Assembly: GCA_963816145.1 (NCBI GenBank)
Contig: CAWFJP010000011.1
Coordinates: forward strand, 128,001-192,000
Source: an uncultured delta proteobacterium
GTDB taxonomy: Bacteria > Desulfobacterota > Binatia > UBA9968
Direction: 5' to 3'
Length of the DNA: 64,000 bases
Within the stretch, counting starts at the first letter, position 1; each line of letters begins with the position of its first letter. Shown one piece after another: positions 38,932-48,882 of this stretch. The notes beneath the pieces were generated by a model, which did not search any database, had not been told where the DNA came from, and worked only from the letters and a program-made list of their open reading frames with translations. The position numbers and the translations under genes were made by a program.

Positions 38932-39426
38932 CCCTTCCGATCAACGCCGCATAATATGCGATGCACCTCGTGCTCTGAGAAACCGGGAGCGAGGTTTTCC
39001 GCATAAAGGGCAAGTTTCATCATATTGAGGCGGGCACAGGCTTAAATTGATCCATTCTTTATCCCCATGGATAGTGAAAACCCGCAATGGTGCTGACATC
39101 GCCTTAGAGCTTCTTCTATTGGGAGCTGGCAGTCCGTCAGCACCGTCGGCCTCGGTAAATTTGTTCTGCATGTTTGAATTCAAGTTGAGTGTGCCGTTAC
39201 GTAATTACCCAATAGCGTCAGTTGTTCGTGATCCTCAGCAATGAAGAGAAGTTTGTTGCACAAGCCTTCGATCTGGTTTTTCCCCTCCGATCCACCTATC
39301 GTTGGGCTAGCTCAGCTGGCTCTGGCGGATTTTTCATGTTCGCCTTACTGCTCCAAGCGGAAGCAGTAAATTCCCGGATTAGAAGCCAGCCCGGCAGAAA
39401 TTGTTATTCACGAAGTCGAGGTTGCT

Positions 39427-40089
39427 ATGTGGATCACCAACATGACGCATTTTCTGGATGCGCAGGGAGCTGTGCCGAAACAGCTCACTTCCCGGCGTCT
39501 AGTCCAATATCTCGGCGCAATCGTTGCGAGTGTGACGACCGCACCGGTTCAATCTTCGTGTGCGGTTGATATTAAATGTCGGAGAAGGCCCGGCAGAAAA
39601 TCCTGCCCCGGGACCGTTGTGGCGGCTTTCGAAGCGGGCACCAACAATATCACGTGGCGTTGTTCAATTTGTGAAGCGGGTGGACTCATCCATCATTGGC
39701 AACGAACACCTTGGGACAAGGGGGGCCGACCTGAGTTGCCCACTATCACCCGTGTAACTTACCGGCATGGCCTCGTCGATGACGATGATCTTGAAGATCT
39801 GACTGGACTTGAAAGCGTGGTATTGGAAGGAGATGCGATTTCCAGGGAAATCGTTGTGGCCATTTACGATAACCAGCTTCTCGGCACTGCGGGTGAATAC
39901 GGTGATCCGCTCGTGGGTGATCCTCTGGAGTACGATGAATTGTCCATCGAGCACGCCAGCAGAACAACTAGGATAGAACTATACAATCGGGGCATCATGC
40001 TTCTCACTACCAACGAGGAGTTTTATAAGCGCGTGCACCGGGTCTGTGAAACGATTAGACATTTTAGCACTAACTCGAGCGGATTTTGA
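39427..40089 (+). CDS. Hypothetical protein with Cys-rich N-terminal domain
   Basis: RBS GAGG; CRRRPGRKSCPG...WRCSIC...W.RTPWD. Confidence 0.7.
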   Translation: MWITNMTHFLDAQGAVPKQLTSRRLVQYLGAIVASVTTAPVQSSCAVDIKCRRRPGRKSCPGTVVAAFEAGTNNITWRCSICEAGGLIHHWQRTPWDKGGRPELPTITRVTYRHGLVDDDDLEDLTGLESVVLEGDAISREIVVAIYDNQLLGTAGEYGDPLVGDPLEYDELSIEHASRTTRIELYNRGIMLLTTNEEFYKRVHRVCETIRHFSTNSSGF

Positions 40090-40210
40090 TCTTCGGGAAC
40101 GCATTGTCACCGGGGAAAAATCGCGAGTGGGCAATAGGGATCGATCGATACCGTGACGTCCCGTTTGGGAACGCGATTGTCGGCAACATCCCTCGTCTTC
40201 CGTTTGAACC

Positions 40211-40506
40211 TACAAAAGCATCCGGTCGGCGTTTAAAACTGCCTGCAAGCATGCTAAGTTATCCGGCGTCACCCCTCATATCCTGCGCCATACGTTTGCC
40301 AGCCAATTAGCGATGGCTGGCGTGGATGTGCGAACGATCCAGGAACTTGGGGGGTGGAAAGAACTTGAGATGTTACAACGATACGCCCATTTGAGCCCAA
40401 ATCATAAATCCGAAGCTGTCGAGAAGATTGCCAATCATTTCACAACGCTATTCACAACACCTGTTTCTGCCCCCACCAAGCACGAGGGCTAAGTTGTTGA
40501 TTTCAC
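40211..40506 (+). pseudogene. Integrase C-terminal remnant (direct repeat copy B) ending 6 nt before tRNA-Thr
   Basis: YKSIRSAFKTACK...PHILRHTFAS...RYAHL...HEG* (stop 40490-40492), no upstream coding part. Confidence 0.9.
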
Positions 40507-40512
40507 AGATAA

Positions 40513-40588
<76 letters not shown>

Positions 40589-40739
40589 GTCTTTATCGGG
40601 CTCGGCGAATTTAGCAGTGGAAAGTCGTTTGACAAGCCGTTTGAAGACCTGTTAACAAGGCGAAAAGTAACGAGGGCATGGATGCACGATCTCGCTGCCG
40701 CTAAGACCGTAAATCTAAGTAATAATTAGGAGGGAACAA

Positions 40740-41699
40740 ATGATTACAGCTAAAGAACTTAACGGTGTATTGGGCATGATGCCCGCCTTTGCCACTACGG
40801 ATGCAACCGATATTCGCGCGACGCAAACCATTGCGGTGGATAATCTGAAAGAAGGCGTCGACAAGATCATCAAGGACGGCGTCAACAATATCGCCACCAC
40901 CGGCACCTACGGCGAATGCTACAACTTACTGTTCGACGAATTTAAAACCTTGGCCGTCGCCACTGTCGATGCAGTGAAGAAACGCGTGCCGCTTTTCATC
41001 GGTGTGACGAGCCCCAATCCCCGCGAAGTCATCCAGAAAATGAACTTCGTCAAAGATCTCGGAGCGGAAGGTGTCTTACTTGGCGTACCCTATTACGAAA
41101 CCCTGCATGTTCACGACGCAGTGAAGTTTTACCATGACATCGCCGACCTTTTCCCGACGTTGAACATCGTCATTTACCACAACCCTGGGAATCATAAGTT
41201 CACGATTCCGGTGGCGGCCTTCAAGGAACTCGTTAAGAAATCAAATATCATTGGCATGAAAGACAGCCATCGCACCACCCAAGCTTTCATGAATCTGCAA
41301 AAGATCGTGCGGGGGAAAATTAGCGTGTTCGTCAATCAGACCCAGCTGTACCCCTACTATGCCATGGGCGCCGCGGGTTGCTGGTCGACGGAAGTTTGGA
41401 TGGGACCCTGGCCGGTCCTCTACCTCTTGGAACAAGCCCGCAACGGCGATGTCGCCAGAATGATCGAAGTGATTGACGATCTCGGCGGCATTGGCGCCGG
41501 CAAACCGGTTCCAGGAGCCGGCAACAAGCGGCCGCAGGAGTTCGCCGACTATTGCAAAGTTGGACCGACCCGAGTGCCGTTTGTGACATTCCCGGAAGCC
41601 GAGCTCGATAAAGCGCGCAGGCGTGCTGCCCACTGGATGGAACTCAACAAAAAATACCGGCCGCTGGTTGAAGCCCTACGCTCGCGCTCAGCCGCATAA
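40740..41699 (+). CDS. DapA/NAL-family aldolase, NahE/PhdJ-like hydratase-aldolase
   Basis: 'MMPAFAT..A.D', 'TTGTYGEC', 'IYHNP', Schiff-base 'GMKDS'. Confidence 0.82.
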   Translation: MITAKELNGVLGMMPAFATTDATDIRATQTIAVDNLKEGVDKIIKDGVNNIATTGTYGECYNLLFDEFKTLAVATVDAVKKRVPLFIGVTSPNPREVIQKMNFVKDLGAEGVLLGVPYYETLHVHDAVKFYHDIADLFPTLNIVIYHNPGNHKFTIPVAAFKELVKKSNIIGMKDSHRTTQAFMNLQKIVRGKISVFVNQTQLYPYYAMGAAGCWSTEVWMGPWPVLYLLEQARNGDVARMIEVIDDLGGIGAGKPVPGAGNKRPQEFADYCKVGPTRVPFVTFPEAELDKARRRAAHWMELNKKYRPLVEALRSRSAA

Positions 41700-41729
41700 C
41701 TCTAAAAGGACACTTGGAAATGTACTCAT

Positions 41730-41761
41730 AGCCCCCGGGCGAAAGCTCGGGGGCTTTTTTT
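41730..41761 (+). terminator. Rho-independent terminator
   Basis: AGCCCCCGGGC-GAAA-GCTCGGGGGCT followed by a T-run. Confidence 0.9.
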
Positions 41762-41958
41762 GTGGCTCTGAATGGCAAGAAAGTCTCCATTCCAGACCGC
41801 CAGTAATCTGCCTACATCCGCTACTGTTCGCGGTTAAGCGATAGATTCAACACCAGTAGAGTTGCCCGCCGACGCTGCCAGTCAAACAAACTATTACTTG
41901 TAAAAAAATGCCTTGAACCTTATCATTACGACTCATTAGATCATTTCTGGAGGCTTTA

Positions 41959-42378
41959 ATGGGTTTATTTGCGGAACCGTGGTTGAGAGAAGCACGAGAC
42001 CATATCAAGTTGGTGTCGGACATTACTGCAGACAAGAATAATAACCCGGCTCAGTTCGATAAATTGGTGGAAGCAGTTGAAAAGGCCATTAAAGCTGCCC
42101 TCGTCGAGAATCACGGTAGCGTACCACGGCAGCTAGATCACCAGAATTTGGTTTCGATTTGCCAGGCTACAGGGGTCTGGGACGTGTTACCTCCAGCCTT
42201 ACAAGGTTTGGTTCAAGAGGTTCAATCATTTCGCGCTCCCACCAGATCGGCACCGCTTCAGCAATCCTCCGCGGAGCAATTGCAACGTTATTTCCTCGTT
42301 GCTCGTGGGTTGATCGACTATATGGAATTTCACATTATCGGTAATGATTCAGTATTAAAACGCCTGACCGTCGCTTGA
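41959..42378 (+). CDS. HEPN-domain-like protein
   Basis: RBS GGAGG; 'WLREARDHI', 'EAVEKAIKAAL', 'PRQLDHQNL'. Confidence 0.65.
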   Translation: MGLFAEPWLREARDHIKLVSDITADKNNNPAQFDKLVEAVEKAIKAALVENHGSVPRQLDHQNLVSICQATGVWDVLPPALQGLVQEVQSFRAPTRSAPLQQSSAEQLQRYFLVARGLIDYMEFHIIGNDSVLKRLTVA

Positions 42379-42707
42379 GTCCAAATATTCCTCCGCCAAC
42401 CGGACCTCCTCAAGAGCAAATCTAAGAAGTATTTCACAATTCCTCGGGCTGCTGCGTTCCGGAAGGGCTGTCCCGGTCACGCACCAACATACTGGCCGAC
42501 ATGGCAACGAATGCCCGTCGCGCCCAGTTAACCCATCCTTCCCAACTGGCAGGGTAATCGATCTAAAAAACAAATAAAAACAACCCTCACAGTTAAAAGG
42601 TCTCCACTACATCGGGCATGATTTTGTTAGTGCACCCGTTGGCCGCCGGCAGTGATTCGGGGTGGCGGCTGGGGCGGCAAAGTGAGATTGAGTTGTTCTA
42701 ACTGTTG

Positions 42708-42753
42708 AACAAAACAAACAGGCCGAAGTCTTCGCGCCAAAAACTTTGGCCTG
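42708..42753 (-). terminator. Probable terminator of the dihydroorotase-like gene
   Basis: CAGGCCAAAGT...ACTTCGGCCTG hairpin followed by TTTGTTTTGTT on the minus strand. Confidence 0.45.
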
Positions 42754-42789
42754 CATTGACCATTCGATTAGTTTGGTGCCATAGAACAG

Positions 42790-44172
42790 CTAAGACACCG
42801 GTTTCACCAACTGCCCGTCCCCCGGCTTGCCGGTGATCTTGCCGTCGAGCATCACCGTCTTGCCGCGCAGGATCGTGCGGATTGGCACGCCTTTGACTTT
42901 GCGCTCGTTGTACGGCGTCCAGCCGACTTTGGTATAAGTCGTCGCGTTGGAGATCATGTTCTCTTTGTTCATGTCGACGATCACCATGTCGGCATCCGAG
43001 CCTGGCAGGATCACGCCCTTCTTCGGGTAGATGTTGAAAACCTTGGCCGGGTTGAATGACGAGATGCGCACCAAGCGGTCGAGTGACAGCTTGCCTTGGT
43101 TCACCGCGTCGAGAAATAGGCTTAAATAATCTTGAATCTGCGGCTCGCCGCCAGGGCAACTCCACATATCCGACCAGCCGCGGTCTTTTTCTTCCTTGGT
43201 ATGCGGCGCGTGATCTGTGCCGATCATATCGATGGTGCCATCGTTGATCGCTTCCCACAGGCCGTTGACATGGGCCGGCGGCACCCAGAAGCCCAGGCAA
43301 TAGGGCCCCATCTTCTCGACGTTCTCCCAGGTGCCCAAAAACATCGCCCAGGGATTGACCTCGCAGCTACAGGGCCGGCCTTCGTCTTTGGCGCGGCGCA
43401 GCATGGCGATGCCTTCCGGCGTAGTCATGTGGAGAATATGCAGCGGCGTGCCGAGCGCCTTCTGCATGCGAAACAATGTCGCCATCGCCGTGTCCCAAAT
43501 AATCCCGTCGTAATCGCGATAGGCTTTGGCGTAGGCCTGCGGGCTGCGGTCTTCCTTCTTCCAGTAGCGTCCTTCGATCTCGTCCATCAAATCTTGATCG
43601 TGCGGATGGACCATCAGTGGCAGCCCGGTGCTGCCGACGGTTTCGAAGCATTTGAATAGCTCGCCGTTGTTGTTGATGCCGATGCCGGGCATATGCGGAT
43701 AGTCGCGGCCGGTGTCTTTGACCATGAAGATCTTAAACGCCAGCGGCCCTTCCTTGGCGAGCCCAGGGATTTCCTCGGGCACCGTGCCGGATGGATTGTG
43801 GTTGAAGTCGACAATCGCATTCTTGCTGTGATGCTGCACCAGCGCGCGATAACGCTCCACCGTGGTGGTCGGCGGGTTGACGTTGGGCATGCCGATCGAC
43901 GTGGTCACGCCGCCGGCGGCCGCGGCCATGGTCGCCGTGGTGATGTCTTCTTTATAAGTGAAACCTGGGTCGCGATGATGCGTGTGCGTATCGATCAATC
44001 CAGGGATGACTTTTTTCCCCTTGGCATCGATCACTTCGTCGGCGCTGTCCGGCAACACCGGCGGCTTGCCGAGAGCGATAATCTTACCCCCATGCACCGC
44101 GATATCGGCGTCGATAAAGCCGCCCGGCGTCCAGACCTCGCCATTTTTTACCAGCAAATCCAACTTAGCCAT
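42790..44172 (-). CDS. Dihydroorotase/allantoinase-family cyclic amidohydrolase
   Basis: 'PGLIDTHTHHRDPG', 'AAAAGGVTT..GMPN', 'LHILH', 'GTDHAPH'; RBS GGAG before ATG 44172. Confidence 0.9.
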   Translation of the reverse strand: MAKLDLLVKNGEVWTPGGFIDADIAVHGGKIIALGKPPVLPDSADEVIDAKGKKVIPGLIDTHTHHRDPGFTYKEDITTATMAAAAGGVTTSIGMPNVNPPTTTVERYRALVQHHSKNAIVDFNHNPSGTVPEEIPGLAKEGPLAFKIFMVKDTGRDYPHMPGIGINNNGELFKCFETVGSTGLPLMVHPHDQDLMDEIEGRYWKKEDRSPQAYAKAYRDYDGIIWDTAMATLFRMQKALGTPLHILHMTTPEGIAMLRRAKDEGRPCSCEVNPWAMFLGTWENVEKMGPYCLGFWVPPAHVNGLWEAINDGTIDMIGTDHAPHTKEEKDRGWSDMWSCPGGEPQIQDYLSLFLDAVNQGKLSLDRLVRISSFNPAKVFNIYPKKGVILPGSDADMVIVDMNKENMISNATTYTKVGWTPYNERKVKGVPIRTILRGKTVMLDGKITGKPGDGQLVKPVS

Positions 44173-44262
44173 GAACCTATATTCTCCCTTCGCCGCTTGT
44201 GAAAAATCTTTTATATGATCGGCGCTCGACGGAGTCAAATCGCGGTCTGACAAAGCAAGTTA

Positions 44263-44425
44263 GGTTCTTCAGGCTTTAGTGTGAATAATGTGCCACGTTC
44301 AGGTTGTTTTGTGCACCACGAAGTGCACGAAGGACACGAAGGTTCCAGATAATTAACACTCCGAACTTCGTGCTCTTGGTGTCCTTCGTGGTGAAAACAT
44401 CTTCACAGTAAAACGTGGAAGAACC
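44263..44425. mobile_element. MITE-like element with ~24-bp TIRs and an 8-bp flanking duplication, carrying CACGAAG palindrome copy 4 (44314-44395)
   Basis: GGTTCTTCAGGCTTTAGTGTGAA / TTCACAGTAAAACGTGGAAGAACC; flanks GCAAGTTA (44255) and GCAAGTAA (44426). Confidence 0.72.
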
Positions 44426-44527
44426 GCAAGTAAAGCCAATCAAAGTTAGCTTGACTCGCTAGGTTAAATCTGAAAATATCGCTCCGCTTCGCCGACCGTC
44501 GACCGCAGGGAGCCAAGGAGAAATTCC

Positions 44528-45538
44528 ATGCTAACTTCCGTTTATATCTTGCTCGTTACGTTGCTCAGTCTGCCGTTAACAGTGACCGCGGTGCGCGCCC
44601 AAAGCGCCCAGTTGGTTGAAGCCGCCAAGAAAGAAGGCAAAGCAGTGGTCTACGGGTCACTCGAAGGCGACACCATGGAAGCCATCATCCAAGGCTTCAA
44701 AAAGAAAACCGGCATCGACGCGGAGTACTGGCGCGCTTCGGCGACCAAGGTGATGGATCGCGCCATGACCGAGTTTCGCGCCGGCAAAGGGGGCGCCGAT
44801 GCCATCGTCGCCGCCGACAACGTCATGCGCCTGATGCAAAAGGACGGCTTCTTTCAGAAATACGATTCACCGACCAATAGCGACTTTCCCAAAGACGTCA
44901 TCGATCCCAATTTGGGGGCGCGCTACCGCAACGTCGTCGTCGGCGTGGTCTACAATAAAGCGGCGCTGAAGCCAAACGAATATCCCAAAACGCTGGAGGA
45001 TCTCGCCAAGCCGCAATACAAAGGCAGGATCGTCATGCCCGACCCGACCCAGCACACGACCACCACACAGTGGTTGGCGAGTTTGTATAAGATCATGGGC
45101 AAAGAGAAGGCCGAGAAATTCATGCACGATCTTGCCGCCAATAAGCCGGTGTGGGTCGAGTCGCTATTGCCTGCAGCAGAGCGGGTGGCCAGCGGTGAAA
45201 TCCCCATCGCCATCACTTACATCAAGTACGCTTATATCGATGGCAAAAAAGGCGCTCCGGTGGACTACGTGCGCGATGCGAAGGTGATCGGCGATGCCAG
45301 CTACATCACGCTCGCCAGTAAAGCGCCCCATGTCAATGCCGGCAAAGCCTTCATCGACTACTTTCTCGGCGACGAGAGCATGAACCTGATGTCCAAGTTG
45401 GGCGAGTTCGTCAATCGCAAGGGAGTTCTGCCGCCGCTGCCCGGCGCCGACAAGCTCGGCTTCGTCGAAATGGACGACTTGAGCACTAAAGAGTTTGCCG
45501 AGAAGAAAAAGGAATACACGCAAATTTTCTTGCGCTAG
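44528..45538 (+). CDS. ABC transporter solute-binding protein
   Basis: Signal peptide; 'AAKKEGKAVVY', 'PKTLEDLAKPQYKG', 'APHVNAGKAFIDY'. Confidence 0.9.
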   Translation: MLTSVYILLVTLLSLPLTVTAVRAQSAQLVEAAKKEGKAVVYGSLEGDTMEAIIQGFKKKTGIDAEYWRASATKVMDRAMTEFRAGKGGADAIVAADNVMRLMQKDGFFQKYDSPTNSDFPKDVIDPNLGARYRNVVVGVVYNKAALKPNEYPKTLEDLAKPQYKGRIVMPDPTQHTTTTQWLASLYKIMGKEKAEKFMHDLAANKPVWVESLLPAAERVASGEIPIAITYIKYAYIDGKKGAPVDYVRDAKVIGDASYITLASKAPHVNAGKAFIDYFLGDESMNLMSKLGEFVNRKGVLPPLPGADKLGFVEMDDLSTKEFAEKKKEYTQIFLR

Positions 45539-45660
45539 CGAGCTGCAGAAATAAGCCGAAAGATGCGTCGACAATCTTAGCATGAACGGAATTAATTCAA
45601 TCCCTTATCCGTTCGTCCTGAGCCTGTCGACGGACTCCGAGAGGATTGTTCAGTAAGCTG
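45539..45660. mobile_element. IS5-like MITE with CTAG duplication, carrying a TCGACAGGCTCAG-type palindrome
   Basis: CTAG at 45535 and 45661; ends CGAGCTGCAGAAA / TGTTCAGTAAGCTG; internal TCGACAATCTTAGCATGAACGGA...TCCGTTCGTCCTGAGCCTGTCGA. Confidence 0.65.
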
Positions 45661-45676
45661 CTAGCTGGATCCATTC

Positions 45677-47434
45677 GTGTCGACTCCGGAAACCACTCTC
45701 AGCACGCCAGCGCCGCTCGCCTCGGCGTGGAGCCGGTCGCGCATCGGCGACTTTCTCAGCCAACCCGTCAGTTGGGTGTTTCTCATCGTCGGCGGCATCA
45801 TCGCCTTTCTCAGCCTCTATCCGACCTATTTTCTGTTTTACGGCAGTCTCACCGACGCGCCTTTGGGCGTGCCCGGTCACTTCACGTTGCAAAACTACGT
45901 CAAAGCCTACAGTGATCCCGAGGCCTATTCGCTGCTGTTGAACTCGTTTATCTTCGGCATCGGCGCCTCCGGTCTCTCGATTGTCTTCGCGCTGGCCCTA
46001 GCCTGGATCACCATCCGCACCGATGCGCCATGGCGCCGTTTGTTTGAATTGATCGCGATCATCCCGAATATTTTGCCGCCGATCTTGGTTTCCATCTCTT
46101 GGGTCATGCTGCTCAATCCTAGCAACGGTCTGATCAACGGCTTGTTCGTGAAGCTCTTCGGCATGGAGAAAGGGCCGTTCAATATTTACTCCATGCCTGG
46201 GCTGATCTTCGTCGAAGCGCTGATCCTGACGCCATTGGCGTTTCTAATCGTCGCCGCGGCGATGAAAAGCATGGACCCGTCGCTGGAAGAGTCGGCCAAG
46301 ACTCTCGGCTCGGGTGAATTCGGCGTCATGCGGCGGATTACTTTTCCATTGATACGCCCGGCCATACTCGCGGCGGGAACGCTGAACTTCGTCCGCGCCA
46401 TCGAAAGCTTCGACACTCCGGCGATCATCGCCCTGCCGGCGCGCATCGAAGTGTTCACCACGAAGATTTGGCGCGAAGCGCTGGGCTCGTTTCCGACCAA
46501 TCACAACCTTGCCGCCGCCTACGGTGTCGGCATACTTTTCGTCGCCTTGGTCTTCGTTTATCTTTACCGCCGCTTTACTTCGCAAGTGGAATCGTTTTCC
46601 ACCGTCACCGGCAAGGGTTTTCGGCCGCACCAGATCGAGCTCGGCCCATGGCGTTACGCCGCCACCGGCGTCGCGTTGTTCTTGCTGATTCTGCTGGTGG
46701 TGTTACCGATTTTGGTTTTGTCGCTGGTGGCGATTCTACCGTACTATCATGTGCCGACCTGGCAGACCTGGCACAATTTAACCCTGTCCCATTTTCAATA
46801 TGTCTGGGCCACGCCGCGTGTCCACAAGGCGTTCATCAATAGCCTTATCCTCGCCTTGCTCGGTGCCACGCTGTGCATGCTGCTAGCTTCGTTAGCCGCT
46901 TACATTACGGTCAGAACCAAAATCGCCGGGCGCGGCCTGATCGAAGGTTTGGTTTTCATCCCCTGGGCGTTTCCCGGCACTGCGATGGCATTGGGGCTGC
47001 TGTGGGCTTACGTCGACTTTCCGATTCCGGTCTACGCCACCATCTGGATCATTCTGATCGCCTACGTTACCCGCTTCCTCCCCTACGGCCTGCGCGCCGT
47101 CACCAGTACGATCATCCAAGTGCACAAGGAATTGGAGGAGGCCTCGATCGTCTGCGGCGCCGGTTTTCTGGCAACATTTCGCCGCGTGTTGATTCCGATG
47201 ATGCGCCCGGGCGTCATGGCCGGCTGGATTATTCTCGTGACCATTTTCATGCGCGAGTTCAGCGCGACTTTGTTCTTATACAGCCCCGGCGCTGAACCGC
47301 TCGGACCGCTGCTTTACTTTCTCTATCTCGACGGCATGCGCGGCCGGGTCGCGGCCATCGGCTTGGTTATATCGCTCATATCAGTAATCTTAATCGCCAT
47401 CGCCCAACGCTACTCAAGGTGGGACACGAAGTAA
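45677..47434 (+). CDS. ABC transporter permease (FbpB/iron(III)-type, two MetI-like domains)
   Basis: Two EAA loops 'DPSLEESAKTLG' and 'KELEEASIVCGA'; many TM helices. Confidence 0.92.
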   Translation: MSTPETTLSTPAPLASAWSRSRIGDFLSQPVSWVFLIVGGIIAFLSLYPTYFLFYGSLTDAPLGVPGHFTLQNYVKAYSDPEAYSLLLNSFIFGIGASGLSIVFALALAWITIRTDAPWRRLFELIAIIPNILPPILVSISWVMLLNPSNGLINGLFVKLFGMEKGPFNIYSMPGLIFVEALILTPLAFLIVAAAMKSMDPSLEESAKTLGSGEFGVMRRITFPLIRPAILAAGTLNFVRAIESFDTPAIIALPARIEVFTTKIWREALGSFPTNHNLAAAYGVGILFVALVFVYLYRRFTSQVESFSTVTGKGFRPHQIELGPWRYAATGVALFLLILLVVLPILVLSLVAILPYYHVPTWQTWHNLTLSHFQYVWATPRVHKAFINSLILALLGATLCMLLASLAAYITVRTKIAGRGLIEGLVFIPWAFPGTAMALGLLWAYVDFPIPVYATIWIILIAYVTRFLPYGLRAVTSTIIQVHKELEEASIVCGAGFLATFRRVLIPMMRPGVMAGWIILVTIFMREFSATLFLYSPGAEPLGPLLYFLYLDGMRGRVAAIGLVISLISVILIAIAQRYSRWDTK

Positions 47435-47532
47435 ATTGATAATTGAGAATGGATAATTGAGAATTTGGGATCGACGCAATCCTCCATCCTCGATCTGCTG
47501 GAAGATTTTGCGGGTTTACTGTAAAAGAGATT

Positions 47533-47816
47533 TTCACCACGAAGTGTCCGTGAGCTTACGCTCGTCTATAGAGTATGAAATTGCATCTCTCCCCAGCGCC
47601 ACATGGTTCCTCCCCTGATTCGTCATGCCGGCGCAGGCCGGCATCCAGGGGTGGGAGGGGATGGATACCGGCTTTCGCCGGTATGACGGAAGCCTCATTC
47701 CAATTCATTGCCCAGATCGTACCTGTACGTGTATTTTCGCAGGAGGACACGAAGAGCACGAAGTACGGAGTAATAATTATCCGAAACCTTCGTGTCCTTC
47801 GTGCTCTTCGTGGTGA
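47533..47816. repeat. CACGAAG palindrome copy 5, interrupted by a ~201-bp insert (47545-47745) that contains a GTCA-type palindrome (47621-47688)
   Basis: TTCACCACGAAG | insert | GACACGAAGAGCACGAAG...CTTCGTGGTGA; GTGTCC/GGACAC inverted at the junctions. Confidence 0.78.
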
Positions 47817-47888
47817 TCAAAGCAATCTGAACGACACACATGATCCACAGCAATGGCTGAAGAGCCAATGAGATAGGGAGATATTCAA

Positions 47889-48881
47889 GTGGAAAAACTA
47901 TTTCTAACCGTCGCCTGCGGCGACTACGACCGCACTAAACCGCTCCAGGACGGCTCGGTGGAGCCGGAGGGGATCAAGCTCAATTACATTCCCATGCAGT
48001 CGGAGGAGATTTTCTGGCGCATGGGCCACTACAAAGAATTCGATGTCTCGGAAATGTCGCTTTCCGCCCATGTCACGATGATCGGTCAAGGCGACTCTCC
48101 GTTCGTCGGTATTCCAATATTTCCCTCGCGATATTTTAGGCACTCTTCAGTCTACTACAATGTCGAATCGGGCATAAAAAAACCCGAAGACTTCAAAGGC
48201 AAAAAAGTCGGCACGCCGGAGTATGCTATGACAGCAGGAGTCTGGATTCGCGGCTTTTTTAGCGATGACTACGGCGTAAGAGCGCAGGATATGAAATGGT
48301 TTCTTGGCGGGCAGGCCGATCCCGGTCGAAAAGAACGAGTCAAGCTGGACCTTCCGCCGGACATCAATATCCAGTCCATTCCCGATAATAAAACGCTCAA
48401 TGGCATGCTCGAGAGCGGAGAAATCGACGCGCTGATTTCGGCGCGCAGCCCTTCCGGTCTTGGCGACGGCTCAGGAAAAGTGCGGCGCCTGTTTCCCAAC
48501 TACAAGGAAGTGGAAATCGAGTATTACAAGCACACGAAAATATTTCCCATCATGCACATCGTGGTGATTCGTAAAGATGTGTATGAACGCCACCCGTGGG
48601 TCGCGCGCAGTCTGTTCAAAGCTTTCTGCGACGCCAAGAACCGCGCCATCGAAACCATGCATATCTCCAACGCCCACGCCTACGCACTGCCTTGGCTGTC
48701 GTGGGAACGGGAGCAGCTCAGAGAAATCTTCGGTCCTGATTGGTGGCCCTATGGCATCGAGCCCAACCGCCATGTGCTCGAATCTTTAATCCGCTACATG
48801 ACCGAGCAGGGCCTCTTGAAACGCCCGCTGAAAGTGGAGGACATTTTCGCGCCGAGCGCTGTGGGAGAGTTCAAGCTATAA
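47889..48881 (+). CDS. 4,5-dihydroxyphthalate decarboxylase-like / periplasmic-binding-fold protein
   Basis: 'ACGDYDRT', 'EFDVSEMSLS', 'FPSRYFRH', 'TAGVWIRG', 'IFPIMH', 'WPYGIEPN'; no signal peptide. Confidence 0.85.
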   Translation: MEKLFLTVACGDYDRTKPLQDGSVEPEGIKLNYIPMQSEEIFWRMGHYKEFDVSEMSLSAHVTMIGQGDSPFVGIPIFPSRYFRHSSVYYNVESGIKKPEDFKGKKVGTPEYAMTAGVWIRGFFSDDYGVRAQDMKWFLGGQADPGRKERVKLDLPPDINIQSIPDNKTLNGMLESGEIDALISARSPSGLGDGSGKVRRLFPNYKEVEIEYYKHTKIFPIMHIVVIRKDVYERHPWVARSLFKAFCDAKNRAIETMHISNAHAYALPWLSWEREQLREIFGPDWWPYGIEPNRHVLESLIRYMTEQGLLKRPLKVEDIFAPSAVGEFKL

Positions 48882-48882
48882 C

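Larger units (their letters stand above)
30400..40512. mobile_element. Decayed genomic island abutting the 5' end of tRNA-Thr (left boundary approximate)
   Basis: AT-richer cargo, IS21 and IS5 remnants, xis-int, TA pair, gene fragments, duplicated integrase tail next to the tRNA. Confidence 0.7.

Noticed and set aside
38941-39183. 80-aa minus-strand ORF with CPLCG
   Set aside because: Single CxxC, weak start context and no other support.
42600-42786. IS1111-type right end or seekRNA remnant (TTGAC...CCATAGA)
   Set aside because: No transposase fragment recognised; the hairpin plus T-rich tract is adequately explained as a terminator.
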